Positions 27,633 to 37,376 of a DNA stretch of 64,000 nucleotides are shown here, one piece after another. The notes beneath the pieces are model-generated. The model was not told the DNA's origin. It ran no database searches and saw only the letters and a list, made by a program, of their open reading frames with translations. How positions within the stretch are numbered: the first letter of the stretch is position 1; each line of letters starts with the position of its first letter. This DNA comes from an uncultured Ignavibacteria bacterium (GTDB lineage Bacteria; Bacteroidota; Ignavibacteria; Kapaibacteriales; Kapaibacteriaceae): the NCBI GenBank assembly GCA_903939735.1, contig CAJAIA010000001.1, positions 39,169 through 103,168 of the forward strand, written 5' to 3'. Position numbers and translations under genes: made by a program.

Positions 27633-29800
27633 TCCTCCGCCTCGTCCTGGTTAGTCTTTCCGTATGGATGTGCATCCCCATTGACGCTGATGCACAGAAG
27701 CAGGCATATGTGCCAGCGTACATTCGCGACACAAATACCGTCGAGGGACGTCAGTTCTCGTGGGATAAGACTGCTCAAAGCACAAACTTCCTACTGATCT
27801 GGGGTGATGGTGTAGGGCCAAGCCCACAGACCTTTACAGACCCTAACCTTCGTTTCGACCCGAAGCAGATCCTCGACACCATGGAGTACATTTTTCGTCG
27901 CTGCGACGAACTGGGAATGATCCATGATGAGCCCGGAACGCAAGCATCGAAGTACAAGTACGTGATCGTGATGTACAACACCTACGGTGAAGGCGGACCC
28001 GAAGGGTGGGCCAACGGTTGGGCTGTTGACGATACAATCGGTGCCTTTTGGGTACATCCCAATGCGACGCGTGATGGTGGTGTGATAGCACACGAGTTTA
28101 CCCATTCACTGCAGGCGATGTACCACATTGACGACCAGAACTCGCAACGCGGTGCAAAAGCCATTTACGACAACGACGGTCTGTTCTACGAAACGCATGC
28201 AAACTATGTGCGCAACGTACTCTACCCGATGGCCGTTTCGTCGGATATCGATGCGCATCACTACTTGATGCTCGAGCCTGACTGGAAGTTCAACTACGAG
28301 GGGTATCACTTCCTCTTTCACATCCACAGCACACTTGGCTTACCGATGGTGAGCAGACTCTGGACTGAATGGAAGCCCCTTGAATATCCTCTTCAGACGC
28401 TGCGTCGCCTCAACGACATGACGCAAACGTCGTTCAACGACTATATGTTCGATTACGCACGAAATGCTGTGTGCTGGAACTACCCTACTAACTCATGGGG
28501 CTCATACCTTCGCAACTCACGCAGGGATAGGCTCAATGCCGACTGGGGACGGATCTTTGCTCAACGCACGTATGATGTGCTCCGCGCCATCGACACGAAT
28601 CAACGTCGCTACTACTCCGACCCCTACAATGCGCCGCAAGACTACGGATACAATGTAGTACCGCTCTATGTCGACGATAGTTCGAAACCCGTAGAGGTCA
28701 CGTTCATCGGTCACGCAGAAGTCAATGATCATGCCGGTTGGCGCTATGGCTTCGTTACCGAACGTGCCGACGGAACGGAAGCTCGACGCGAACACGTCCA
28801 ATCATCTGTCCGCACATCGATCTCGATCAATCTCAAACCTGATGAGACTCGCGTATACCTCGTTGTACTCGGTGCACCGGTAGATAGCATGCATGCCAAT
28901 CCAGCGCTCAACAACACATGGAATGGAAACCCCAAACGGTACCATTATCCGTATGAGGTTCGGTTGAAGAATGCCGTTCCAGAAGGATACCAGAATCCAG
29001 ATCTCGTTCGTCCGCAGCTCCGCAGAAGCCCAGGGAAGCGACATGCAAATGGAGGGGGCTGGGTGGATGACCGCTCAACGGTTGATGCAAGCGTGTACGT
29101 CGGACCACGAGCAATCGTAGCGGGCGCAAGCATGATCACGGGCAATGCACGAATCGACGGGTACGCCTATGTCCAGGATGCTACGATCTCTGGCAATGCT
29201 CGGGTAACAGACAATGCCTTCGTTCTTGGCGGTACCTTGACTGACAGTGCTGTTGTACGCGATCAGTGCTTCGCACAGAACAACCGTATCACGGGCGGCG
29301 CTGTTCTTGGCGGTTGTTCGCAAGTGTTCAACTACAAGCTTGGTGGCTCCGTTCGGGTCTTTGGCGATCTCGTTGTGTACAACGAGACCGGTGAGTGTAA
29401 TACCGGTGAGTATCACGTGCTCACGCAGTACTATCGCAACGAGCTTCTGCCGTGCGACATGCGTGATAGCACGCACCCAGAAAACGTGTCTGTCAACCGT
29501 CCGATGATCTTTGAGATCGTATCTGTACATGATGTTGCAACCACATCAATTCCAGCTACCGTTGCTCCGCATCCCGTGGTAAACGGAATGATGAGGATCG
29601 ACTGGTCAGGTATTGCTGACGTTGTCGATCAGGTGCGGATCAGCGATGCCGCTGGCCGTGTCCGCGTCACACAAACGATCGATGGATCCAATACCCGAGC
29701 GAGCATCGACGTCTCTGAGTGCTCAACAGGTGTCTACACCGTTCAACTGCTCCGAATGGGTGCAGTTGTATCAACGCAGATGTTCATAACTCAACGGTGA
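27626..29800 (+). CDS. Secreted HExxH metallopeptidase-like protein with beta-helix repeats and T9SS C-terminal sorting domain
   Basis: Signal peptide MKTFLRLVLVSLSVWMCIPIDADA. HEFTH motif (GGVIAHEFTHSLQAM). Glycine-rich hexapeptide-like repeats (GNARIDGYAYVQDATISGNARVTDNAFVLGG). C-terminal IDWSG...GVYTVQL...MFITQR type-A Por secretion tail. Confidence 0.75.
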   Translation, partial: KTFLRLVLVSLSVWMCIPIDADAQKQAYVPAYIRDTNTVEGRQFSWDKTAQSTNFLLIWGDGVGPSPQTFTDPNLRFDPKQILDTMEYIFRRCDELGMIHDEPGTQASKYKYVIVMYNTYGEGGPEGWANGWAVDDTIGAFWVHPNATRDGGVIAHEFTHSLQAMYHIDDQNSQRGAKAIYDNDGLFYETHANYVRNVLYPMAVSSDIDAHHYLMLEPDWKFNYEGYHFLFHIHSTLGLPMVSRLWTEWKPLEYPLQTLRRLNDMTQTSFNDYMFDYARNAVCWNYPTNSWGSYLRNSRRDRLNADWGRIFAQRTYDVLRAIDTNQRRYYSDPYNAPQDYGYNVVPLYVDDSSKPVEVTFIGHAEVNDHAGWRYGFVTERADGTEARREHVQSSVRTSISINLKPDETRVYLVVLGAPVDSMHANPALNNTWNGNPKRYHYPYEVRLKNAVPEGYQNPDLVRPQLRRSPGKRHANGGGWVDDRSTVDASVYVGPRAIVAGASMITGNARIDGYAYVQDATISGNARVTDNAFVLGGTLTDSAVVRDQCFAQNNRITGGAVLGGCSQVFNYKLGGSVRVFGDLVVYNETGECNTGEYHVLTQYYRNELLPCDMRDSTHPENVSVNRPMIFEIVSVHDVATTSIPATVAPHPVVNGMMRIDWSGIADVVDQVRISDAAGRVRVTQTIDGSNTRASIDVSECSTGVYTVQLLRMGAVVSTQMFITQR

Positions 29801-29805
29801 TTCCA

Positions 29806-30087
29806 GTGGCAGCAATCGATCAAACAATCGAAACATCTAAATCTGTAGTCGAAATGCGCGGGCTCATCGACAGTAAGATCCTCTCTCGCCCGGAAGTTCG
29901 GCTTATGCTGGACGAAACCCGCTGGGAGGGCAACGTCCTGCATGCCCGTGGAAAACTTGGACACGGCACGGTCACGGTGGAACACCACCGTGTACATATC
30001 CATATTGAGCTTTCCCTCTTTGGTGCTGCCGCACGTGGACAACTTGAGTCGATGCTGACGGAGCAGGTTAAGCGTCTCGGTAAGTAG
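29806..30087 (+). CDS. Polyhydroxyalkanoic-acid-system family protein (PHA_gran_rgn-like)
   Basis: WEGNVLHARGKLGHGTVTVEHHRVHIHIELSLF matches the W-x-G-x-x-L-x-F...H...L.I.L family signature. GTG start at 29806 just after the upstream stop (alternative ATG at 29854). The longer 29719 ORF overlaps the upstream gene. Confidence 0.55.
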   Translation: MAAIDQTIETSKSVVEMRGLIDSKILSRPEVRLMLDETRWEGNVLHARGKLGHGTVTVEHHRVHIHIELSLFGAAARGQLESMLTEQVKRLGK

Positions 30088-30095
30088 ATTGCAGC

Positions 30096-33000
30096 ATGAG
30101 TTTCGTCCACCTCCACAACCACACGCACTTCTCCCTGCTCGACGCGGCCGCAAGCCCACAGACCCTCATCGATGCAGCTGTCAAAGACGGTCAAAAAGCA
30201 CTCGCGATCACCGATCACGGTGTGATGTTTGGGTGCTTCGAATTCTACAAGAAAGCAAAGAAGTCAGGCATTAAGCCTATTATCGGTTGCGAGGTGTACA
30301 TCGCGGTGCGCAAGCACACCGATCGTGAAAAGATTCAGGATGCTGCAAAGAAGCGCAACTACTACCACCTTGTTCTGCTAGCGAAGAACGAGCAAGGCTA
30401 CAAGAATCTCATCAAGCTCACGTCCATCGGTCACACACACGGCTATTACTACAAGCCGCGGATCGATATGGATCTGCTTCGCCAATACCATGAGGGTTTG
30501 ATCGCAACATCTGCCTGCCTTGCGGGTCCGATCAACGCTCCCATGCTTGCCGGCGACGTCGATACTGCACGTGCGAATGCCATTACACTCAAAGAGATCT
30601 TCGGCGACGATTTCTACATTGAGCTCCAAGATCACGGTCTACCCGAAGACAAGCATGTACTCGAGTTTGCGCCGAAGCTTGCGAAAGAGCTCGGGATCAA
30701 GCTTGTTGTCACCAACGACGCGCACTACGTCAAGAAGGAAGATGCCGCAGCACATAACGTTCTGTTGCATATCAACAAGGATGCATCGTTTGCGCGTGAT
30801 GGGCAGTTCAATGTGAAGACTGATCTGCGGTATAAGGTGCCAGAGATGTACCTCAAGACGCAGTCGGACATGAAGAAACTCTTCAAGGATTTCGCCGAGG
30901 GAATTGAATCCACGGAAGAGATTGCTGAGAAGGTTGACCTGACTATTCCGACCGACCTTCAGCTGCCCAAGTTCCCTATCCCTGCCGATAGTGATGCCAC
31001 GACACTCGAAGACTACCTCGAAGAACTGACGATGAAGGGGCTTGAGGAGCGCTTCCCGCATCTGACAAGCACGATTCTTGATCGCGCCAGCTTTGAACTC
31101 GGCGTCATTCGACGCATGGGCTATGCCGGCTATTTCCTGATCGTATGGGACTTCATCCGCGCTGCGCGTGAGATGAGCGTTCGTGTCGGTCCCGGACGGG
31201 GATCCGCCGCAGGCTCGCTTGTAGCGTACGCCCTCGGGATCACCAACATTGACCCACTGAAGTACGATCTCCTCTTCGAGCGCTTTCTTAATCCAGACCG
31301 TGTGTCGATGCCCGATATCGACGTCGACTTCTCTGACGACAAGCGCGAGCGCGTCATCGAGTACGTGAAGGAGAAGTACGGCGCCGACTCAGTGGCACAG
31401 ATCATCACCTTCGGAACGCTTTCATCGCGTGCCGTTCTGAAGGACGTCGGCCGTGTAATGGGCATTGATCTGGCGACGATTAACAGCATCACCGATAAGA
31501 TTCCGGTAGTTCTTGGAAAGGTTCATGCACTCAAGGATGCAGTTGAACTTCCCGAACTGAAATGGCTCAAGACCTCCGATGATCAGCGCATCAAGGACAT
31601 GCTTGACTACGCAATGACACTCGAAGGGTTCGCGCGAAACTCATCGCTCCATGCCGCCGGAGTAGTCATTGCGCCTGGACCAATCAGCAACTATGTGCCT
31701 GTGTACAAGACGCCGAACACAGAGCCAGCGACACAGTACAACATGAAGGATCTTGAAGAAGCGGGTCTTCTCAAGATGGACTTCCTTGGATTGCGCACGC
31801 TGAGTATCATCGACGAGACGCTTGCACAGATCAAACGCAATCACGGTCTCGAAATCGACATCGATACCATCGACTTCAACGATTCAGCTACCTACGAGCT
31901 CTTCTCCCGCGGACAAACGCTTGCCGTGTTTCAGTTTGAATCCGAACCGATGCAGAAGGCATTGCGTGAGCTTAAGCCGACGGTGCTGGATGACCTCATT
32001 GCGATGAACGCGCTCTACCGTCCGGGACCGATGGGCAATATCCCGGACTTCATTGATCGCAAGCACGGCCGTAAGCCTATCGAGTACCTCCACCCCTTGA
32101 TGGGTCCGATTCTCGAAAAGACCTACGGTATCATCGTGTACCAAGAGCAGGTAATGCAGCTCGTGCAGACACTCGCCGGCTTCACACTGGCACAGTCCGA
32201 TGTGATGCGTCGCGCGATGGGTAAGAAGGACGAAAAGTCGATGGCCGAACAACGGTCGAAGTTTGTCGACGGTGCACAGGGGCATTCCGGAATCAACGAA
32301 GCCACTGCTTCAGAGATCTTCGATTTGATCCAGAAGTTTGCCGCCTACGGCTTCAACAAATCACACTCTGCTGCTTACTCGTATCTCGCCTTCCAGACCG
32401 CGTGGCTCAAGACGCACTATCCTGCTGAGTTTCTTGCAGCCAACATGACTGCCGAACTCAATGATCAGGACAAGATCGTACGTCTCATCGACGAGGCACG
32501 TCGTTTCTCAATTACCGTGTTGCCCCCTGACGTCAACCGTTCAACAGCAACATTCGTTGCCGATAAGAATGTAATCTACTTTGGCATGGCTGGTATCAAG
32601 ACCGTTGGTATCGGTGCTGTTGATGCGATTGTAGAAGCTCGGCAAGAGCAGCCGTTTTCATCGATCTTCGATTTCTCGGCACGCGTCGAAAAGAAGGTTG
32701 TCAACCGGCGTGTTCTCGAAGCACTCGTGTGCACAGGAGCATTTGATTCGCTGAATACGGGGCATCGGTCACAACTGTTTTCCGTCATTGATACGGCGTT
32801 ACATTACGCGTCACAAGTCCAGGACGACGTGCTTTCGAGTACCGGAGGTCTGTTCGGTTCACAAGAGATCGAAAAGCCGAAAGAACCTTCGCTGCCAACC
32901 GTCGATCCATGGCCTGAGCGTGATCGTCTGAAGAAAGAACGTGAGTATCTCAACTTCTACATCTCCGGTCACCCACTGCAAGAGTATGCGCTCGCCGTGC

Positions 33001-33548
33001 AGTCATTCAGTACGCTCTCGCTGGCTCGACTCGATCCGGAGTTACACGGCAAAACAGTCCGCATGTGCGGTCTGCTGAGCGACGTACGCACCAAACTCGA
33101 TCGACGGGAAAACACCTTTGCGATCCTCAAGATTGAGCAATACAACGGAAGCGCCGAAGCAATCCTTTGGAGTGATGCGTACAAGCAGTTCGTCGAACTC
33201 CTGCGTCCAGATACGGTGGTTGTTCTCATCGGCAAATGCGAGATCAATGGCGATGCGGCAAAGATCATCGTTGATGAAGTGCTCACGTTGGAGCAGGCCG
33301 AAAAGAAGTTCTCCAAGGGGTATGTGATCTGCATCCGTCCTGATAGAGTTACGGATGAGCATCTGCGCGAACTCAAGGACCGCTGCAATTCGCGGGATGC
33401 TGACGACAGCATCTCGTTTGTCGTTATGCATCCTGAGGGCCGACGGCAATACCTGACGACCATGAAGATCAAGACGTCCAAAGAAACGACAGCCTTCCTG
33501 TGTTCGACCTTTGGTGAAGGCAACGTGTTGATCGATACCGAGCGCTAA
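30096..33548 (+). CDS. dnaE: DNA polymerase III alpha subunit
   Basis: 1150 aa. PHP domain (FVHLHNHTHFSLLDAA), polymerase core (GPGRGSAAGSLVAY...PDIDVDF) and OB-fold C-terminus. Confidence 0.97.
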   Translation: MSFVHLHNHTHFSLLDAAASPQTLIDAAVKDGQKALAITDHGVMFGCFEFYKKAKKSGIKPIIGCEVYIAVRKHTDREKIQDAAKKRNYYHLVLLAKNEQGYKNLIKLTSIGHTHGYYYKPRIDMDLLRQYHEGLIATSACLAGPINAPMLAGDVDTARANAITLKEIFGDDFYIELQDHGLPEDKHVLEFAPKLAKELGIKLVVTNDAHYVKKEDAAAHNVLLHINKDASFARDGQFNVKTDLRYKVPEMYLKTQSDMKKLFKDFAEGIESTEEIAEKVDLTIPTDLQLPKFPIPADSDATTLEDYLEELTMKGLEERFPHLTSTILDRASFELGVIRRMGYAGYFLIVWDFIRAAREMSVRVGPGRGSAAGSLVAYALGITNIDPLKYDLLFERFLNPDRVSMPDIDVDFSDDKRERVIEYVKEKYGADSVAQIITFGTLSSRAVLKDVGRVMGIDLATINSITDKIPVVLGKVHALKDAVELPELKWLKTSDDQRIKDMLDYAMTLEGFARNSSLHAAGVVIAPGPISNYVPVYKTPNTEPATQYNMKDLEEAGLLKMDFLGLRTLSIIDETLAQIKRNHGLEIDIDTIDFNDSATYELFSRGQTLAVFQFESEPMQKALRELKPTVLDDLIAMNALYRPGPMGNIPDFIDRKHGRKPIEYLHPLMGPILEKTYGIIVYQEQVMQLVQTLAGFTLAQSDVMRRAMGKKDEKSMAEQRSKFVDGAQGHSGINEATASEIFDLIQKFAAYGFNKSHSAAYSYLAFQTAWLKTHYPAEFLAANMTAELNDQDKIVRLIDEARRFSITVLPPDVNRSTATFVADKNVIYFGMAGIKTVGIGAVDAIVEARQEQPFSSIFDFSARVEKKVVNRRVLEALVCTGAFDSLNTGHRSQLFSVIDTALHYASQVQDDVLSSTGGLFGSQEIEKPKEPSLPTVDPWPERDRLKKEREYLNFYISGHPLQEYALAVQSFSTLSLARLDPELHGKTVRMCGLLSDVRTKLDRRENTFAILKIEQYNGSAEAILWSDAYKQFVELLRPDTVVVLIGKCEINGDAAKIIVDEVLTLEQAEKKFSKGYVICIRPDRVTDEHLRELKDRCNSRDADDSISFVVMHPEGRRQYLTTMKIKTSKETTAFLCSTFGEGNVLIDTER

Positions 33549-33561
33549 CATTCGAGGTCTC

Positions 33562-34806
33562 ATGCAGCACCTAGCTTCTGGACTTGGCATCCTTGTAATC
33601 CTGGCTCTTGCCATAGCGTGGTCCTCCTCGCGGAAGGATATCCCCTGGCGCACGGTTGCGATTGGCCTCCTACTGCAGCTGCTCTTGGCAGTCATCATGG
33701 TTGTCTTTCCGCCGGGCGTGGCTGCGTTCCAGTATTTCGGTGATGGAGTAACATGGTTCCTCGGCTTTGCACGCGATGGGGCGGCGTTTCTCTTTGGTGA
33801 TCTTCCATTGCCGAAGGGGCAAGGCGTTGTCGGTTTCCAGTTTGCACTCACGATTCTGTCGGTTGTCGTATTCTTCTCGGCATGCATGAGTGTGCTGTAT
33901 CACTATGGCATCATGCAGCGCGTTGTTCGTTGGTCCGCTCGGTTACTCGAACGAACCATGAAGACTTCCCCGATCGAGTCCATCAATGCTGTTGGAGAGA
34001 TCTTCCTCGGACAAACTGAGTCGCCGCTGCTGGTTCGCCACTACATTGCGCACATCTCGACGTCTGAACTCTTTGCGATGATGGTCGGCGGCTTTGCGAC
34101 GATTGCAGGTTCAACAATGGGCGTCTACGTTGCACGGGGCATCAATGCGACAGACCTCATGATTGCCTCAATTCTTGCAGCACCGGCTGCACTCGTGCTT
34201 GCCAAAGTTGCACAACCGCGACGTCCCAATGAACGTGATCTTGAAGTCGAAAACCTCGACCCCGTCGTACCAGCAGGTAATGTACTCGACGCAATAGCAC
34301 ATGGAGCATTAGACGGCGCTAAACTTGCACTCAATGTTGTCGTCGTTCTTATCGCGTTCAAGGCAATCGTTGCCTTCCTGGATGCGCTCTTGGGCATTGG
34401 CTCGACGGCGCTTGCGGATGCAGGCATGCCGTGGTTCCCGTCGTCGATCGAAGTGGTGCTTGGGTGGATCTTCATGCCATTTGCATGGCTCACCGGAATT
34501 CCAGCCAACGAAGCTTCGGCATTCTCGTCGCTCCTCGGTACGAAGATTGCCCTCACGGAATTCATCGCATATGATCGTCTTGCAACGATGGTTGCTGACG
34601 GGACGTTAAGCGATCGGACTGTGCGCCTCGCGACGATTGCGCTTTGCGGATTTGCCAACGTGATGTCCATTGGCATTCAGATTGGCGGCTATGGAATGAT
34701 GGCCCCGGATCGTCGTGCAGAAGTTGCCCGACTGGGATTCAAAGCGATGTGTATTGGTGCTCTGGCGAATCTTCTCACCGCCTGCGTTGTGGGACTGATG
34801 ATCTGA
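33562..34806 (+). CDS. nupC: Concentrative nucleoside transporter (NupC family)
   Basis: 414 aa polytopic. CNT motifs (GIQIGGYGMMAP, ALCGFANVMSIG). Confidence 0.85.
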   Translation: MQHLASGLGILVILALAIAWSSSRKDIPWRTVAIGLLLQLLLAVIMVVFPPGVAAFQYFGDGVTWFLGFARDGAAFLFGDLPLPKGQGVVGFQFALTILSVVVFFSACMSVLYHYGIMQRVVRWSARLLERTMKTSPIESINAVGEIFLGQTESPLLVRHYIAHISTSELFAMMVGGFATIAGSTMGVYVARGINATDLMIASILAAPAALVLAKVAQPRRPNERDLEVENLDPVVPAGNVLDAIAHGALDGAKLALNVVVVLIAFKAIVAFLDALLGIGSTALADAGMPWFPSSIEVVLGWIFMPFAWLTGIPANEASAFSSLLGTKIALTEFIAYDRLATMVADGTLSDRTVRLATIALCGFANVMSIGIQIGGYGMMAPDRRAEVARLGFKAMCIGALANLLTACVVGLMI

Positions 34807-34809
34807 TGT

Positions 34810-35220
34810 TTACTTCGCGGAGCGCTCGCCGATAAGGCGATCAATATCAACCTCACCTTGCTCCCACACATCATCAACACTGGCAAGCGTCTCGGTAATC
34901 AACACGTCTACATCTGCATGTTCTGACTGCGCCTGTTGAACAGCTTGCGCCTCTGTCTGCTGCTGCGTGACGGTACCACCCGACAATGTGATGAACAGCA
35001 GAACTGCTGCAACGGCCCCACCGGCTCCGGCAAACCATACAAATGGTCGCTCATACCATGCACGATGGTGCGCACGTACAGAACGTTGCGCAAATGCATC
35101 GGCATCAAGCTGACGTCGCAGGTGTTGCCGATCAGCAACCAGCTGATCTGCGTCGTCCCCGAGTATCTCACGTAGCTCGTCGTCAACGTCATGTCGAGAT
35201 GGTGAATGATGCTTACTCAT
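34810..35220 (-). CDS. Putative anti-sigma factor (single-pass membrane protein)
   Basis: 136 aa. One TM helix (FVWFAGAGGAVAAVLLFITL). Immediately downstream of, and overlapping, the ECF sigma gene. Confidence 0.4.
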   Translation of the reverse strand: MSKHHSPSRHDVDDELREILGDDADQLVADRQHLRRQLDADAFAQRSVRAHHRAWYERPFVWFAGAGGAVAAVLLFITLSGGTVTQQQTEAQAVQQAQSEHADVDVLITETLASVDDVWEQGEVDIDRLIGERSAK

Positions 35221-35809
35221 GCGTGTCTTCGGATGATGGTTCTAGATAGGAAGGACGATACTCACTCGACTTCATCGCTTCGGCGATTTTCTTGACTGCC
35301 CAATGGTAATTGGCCTTTAGCGCGCCCTCGGACGTTCCCGTGATGTCGCTCATTTCCGCATAGGAGAGCTCATCGATGTAGCGCATACAGAATGCCTCGC
35401 GCTGCCGGTCAGGAAGTGTGCGAAGAACGTTGTCGAGAAATGTATCAAGATCCGATTGCTGCACACGATGGTCGCTTCGTGATTCGTGATCACGTGCATG
35501 TTGTTGCTCAACATCATTGCCAATCATGAAGAACGACCGCACCTTTGCTCGGCGCAGCGCGGAGGTACACACGTTGACCGTGATTCGATAGAGCCATGTC
35601 TGCATGGAACTCTGCTGTTGGAACGCTAGTAGTCCGCTCAGGGCACGAATCATCACTTCTTGGACAGCATCTTGCGCGTCGTCGTGGTCGCGTATGTAGC
35701 GACGAGCAACTCCGTAGACGAAACGCTGATGCTTCCGCACGAATGCAGAACTCGCGCGTTCGCGATCCCCAGACCGGTATTCATCGAGTATCTGGAGATC
35801 GGATTCCAT
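35213..35809 (-). CDS. ECF (sigma-70 family) RNA polymerase sigma factor
   Basis: Region 2 (FVYGVARRYIRDHDDAQDAVQEVMIRAL) and region 4 HTH (SYAEMSDITGTSEGALKANYHWAVKKI). Confidence 0.85.
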   Translation of the reverse strand: MESDLQILDEYRSGDRERASSAFVRKHQRFVYGVARRYIRDHDDAQDAVQEVMIRALSGLLAFQQQSSMQTWLYRITVNVCTSALRRAKVRSFFMIGNDVEQQHARDHESRSDHRVQQSDLDTFLDNVLRTLPDRQREAFCMRYIDELSYAEMSDITGTSEGALKANYHWAVKKIAEAMKSSEYRPSYLEPSSEDTHE

Positions 35810-35922
35810 GGTGAGATCGAGAGTACGCACGTGATCGTGGTCAGATGACCGACGGTTGAACAACAAACCCGGATTCGACGCCCGGACCCTTCATTCGGTT
35901 TAATCGAATCTCGCGCGCTCGG

Positions 35923-37278
35923 TTACACATGCACGGCCTTCCAACGATTCCTGCGGAAAATCACCAGGGATATCAATGTGAAGATGGCATATCCGATAGC
36001 AAGGGCTATCCAGACGCCCAGTGGGCCCATAGCGAGGCCATAGCCGAGGATCAGAGCCAGAGGAAGCTGTATACCAAGCAGACTGCCCGCTGTGATTGAC
36101 ATTGCAAGTAGCGCCGCTCCGGCACCCGACAACACACGCACCGTCAGGAGGCCTGTTGAGAAGAAGACATATCCTATCACCGTGATGTTGAGATACTGCG
36201 TTGCTTCAGCAATCGTTTCCGGCTGTTGTGAGTATAGTTTGACAAACTCCGTTCCAAACAACCATACCACGACTGCTAACAGCAGCATCAGGATCCCGAT
36301 CTGTGTGATTGCACTTCGATGAATCATCCGCACACGTTCTGGCTGCTGTGCTCCAAGATTCTGTCCGGTCGCCGTTTCCACGGCTATGCCCATAGCGAAC
36401 ACGCTCATGAACACCATCATATCAATGTTCAGACCGAGCGTATACGCTGCTGTAACATTGGTGCCGAATCCTGCGACGATCGCAAAGATCGCTGCACGGT
36501 TAAGCGAGACCGATAACATCTGCAACGACGCCGGAAGTCCCTGCTTTGCCACGCGACGCAACAACCCAGCATCGAGGCGGAACTGTGTAAAATCCAGATG
36601 AATATTCGTCCACCCACGGATCAGCGCAGTGAGTGCGATCGCCGTTCCACTGATTTGTGAAAGTGCCGTAGCCAGACCTGCTCCACGCATGCCAAGCTCA
36701 GGGAAAGGACCAATCCCGAAAATGAGAAACGGCGCAATGATCGCATTAAGAACAACCGTGATCACCAGTACCGTCATCGGAAACACGGCATTACCGGTCG
36801 ACCGCACAATGCTGAACATTTGAAAGTTCATCAGGTTGAATGTAAACCCGATCAAGAGCATGCTTAGATATTCCATGCTAAGCGTCTCGACCGTTGTATC
36901 CATCTGCATAACAGTCGGTATCACTGGCAGCAATCCGTACATCACTGCAGTGACGAGAGCTGCTGTGATAGCCATACCTACAAGCGCCTGTGTACCTGTG
37001 CGTGATGCTCCAACGCGATCGCCTTCACCGAATCGTCGCGCTACGATTATTCCACTTCCAACGGCAAACCCACTGACGAGAGTAAACAAGAGGAACACGA
37101 TCTGATCACTTGAGCCGATCGCTGCGATAGCTGGATCACCGAGGCGCGACACGTAGAATCGATCGATTAACGAATACACCATGTTGATGATGAAGCTAAA
37201 GGCCAGTGGTACGGCAAATCGCCGTAGTGAAGGGCCGATAGGATCATTAATGAGGTCGACGCGACGCGATGTGGTCAT
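35923..37278 (-). CDS. MATE family efflux transporter
   Basis: 451 aa, 12 TM. MATE N-terminal pattern (SLIDRFYVSRLGDPAIAAIG). Confidence 0.85.
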   Translation of the reverse strand: MTTSRRVDLINDPIGPSLRRFAVPLAFSFIINMVYSLIDRFYVSRLGDPAIAAIGSSDQIVFLLFTLVSGFAVGSGIIVARRFGEGDRVGASRTGTQALVGMAITAALVTAVMYGLLPVIPTVMQMDTTVETLSMEYLSMLLIGFTFNLMNFQMFSIVRSTGNAVFPMTVLVITVVLNAIIAPFLIFGIGPFPELGMRGAGLATALSQISGTAIALTALIRGWTNIHLDFTQFRLDAGLLRRVAKQGLPASLQMLSVSLNRAAIFAIVAGFGTNVTAAYTLGLNIDMMVFMSVFAMGIAVETATGQNLGAQQPERVRMIHRSAITQIGILMLLLAVVVWLFGTEFVKLYSQQPETIAEATQYLNITVIGYVFFSTGLLTVRVLSGAGAALLAMSITAGSLLGIQLPLALILGYGLAMGPLGVWIALAIGYAIFTLISLVIFRRNRWKAVHV

Positions 37279-37376
37279 AGATGTTCGTCCATGGGAGCAA
37301 TCGCCCGCAGACGACGACGTTTGATGAATGTTTCGTAATAGTGTGCAAATCTAGTACGGGCTAACTTGCAAGCCGA

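Noticed and set aside
29719-30087. 122-aa ORF overlapping the end of the T9SS cargo gene
   Set aside because: Only the portion after the upstream stop (GTG at 29806 or ATG at 29854) matches the PHA-system family. The rest overlaps the upstream CDS.
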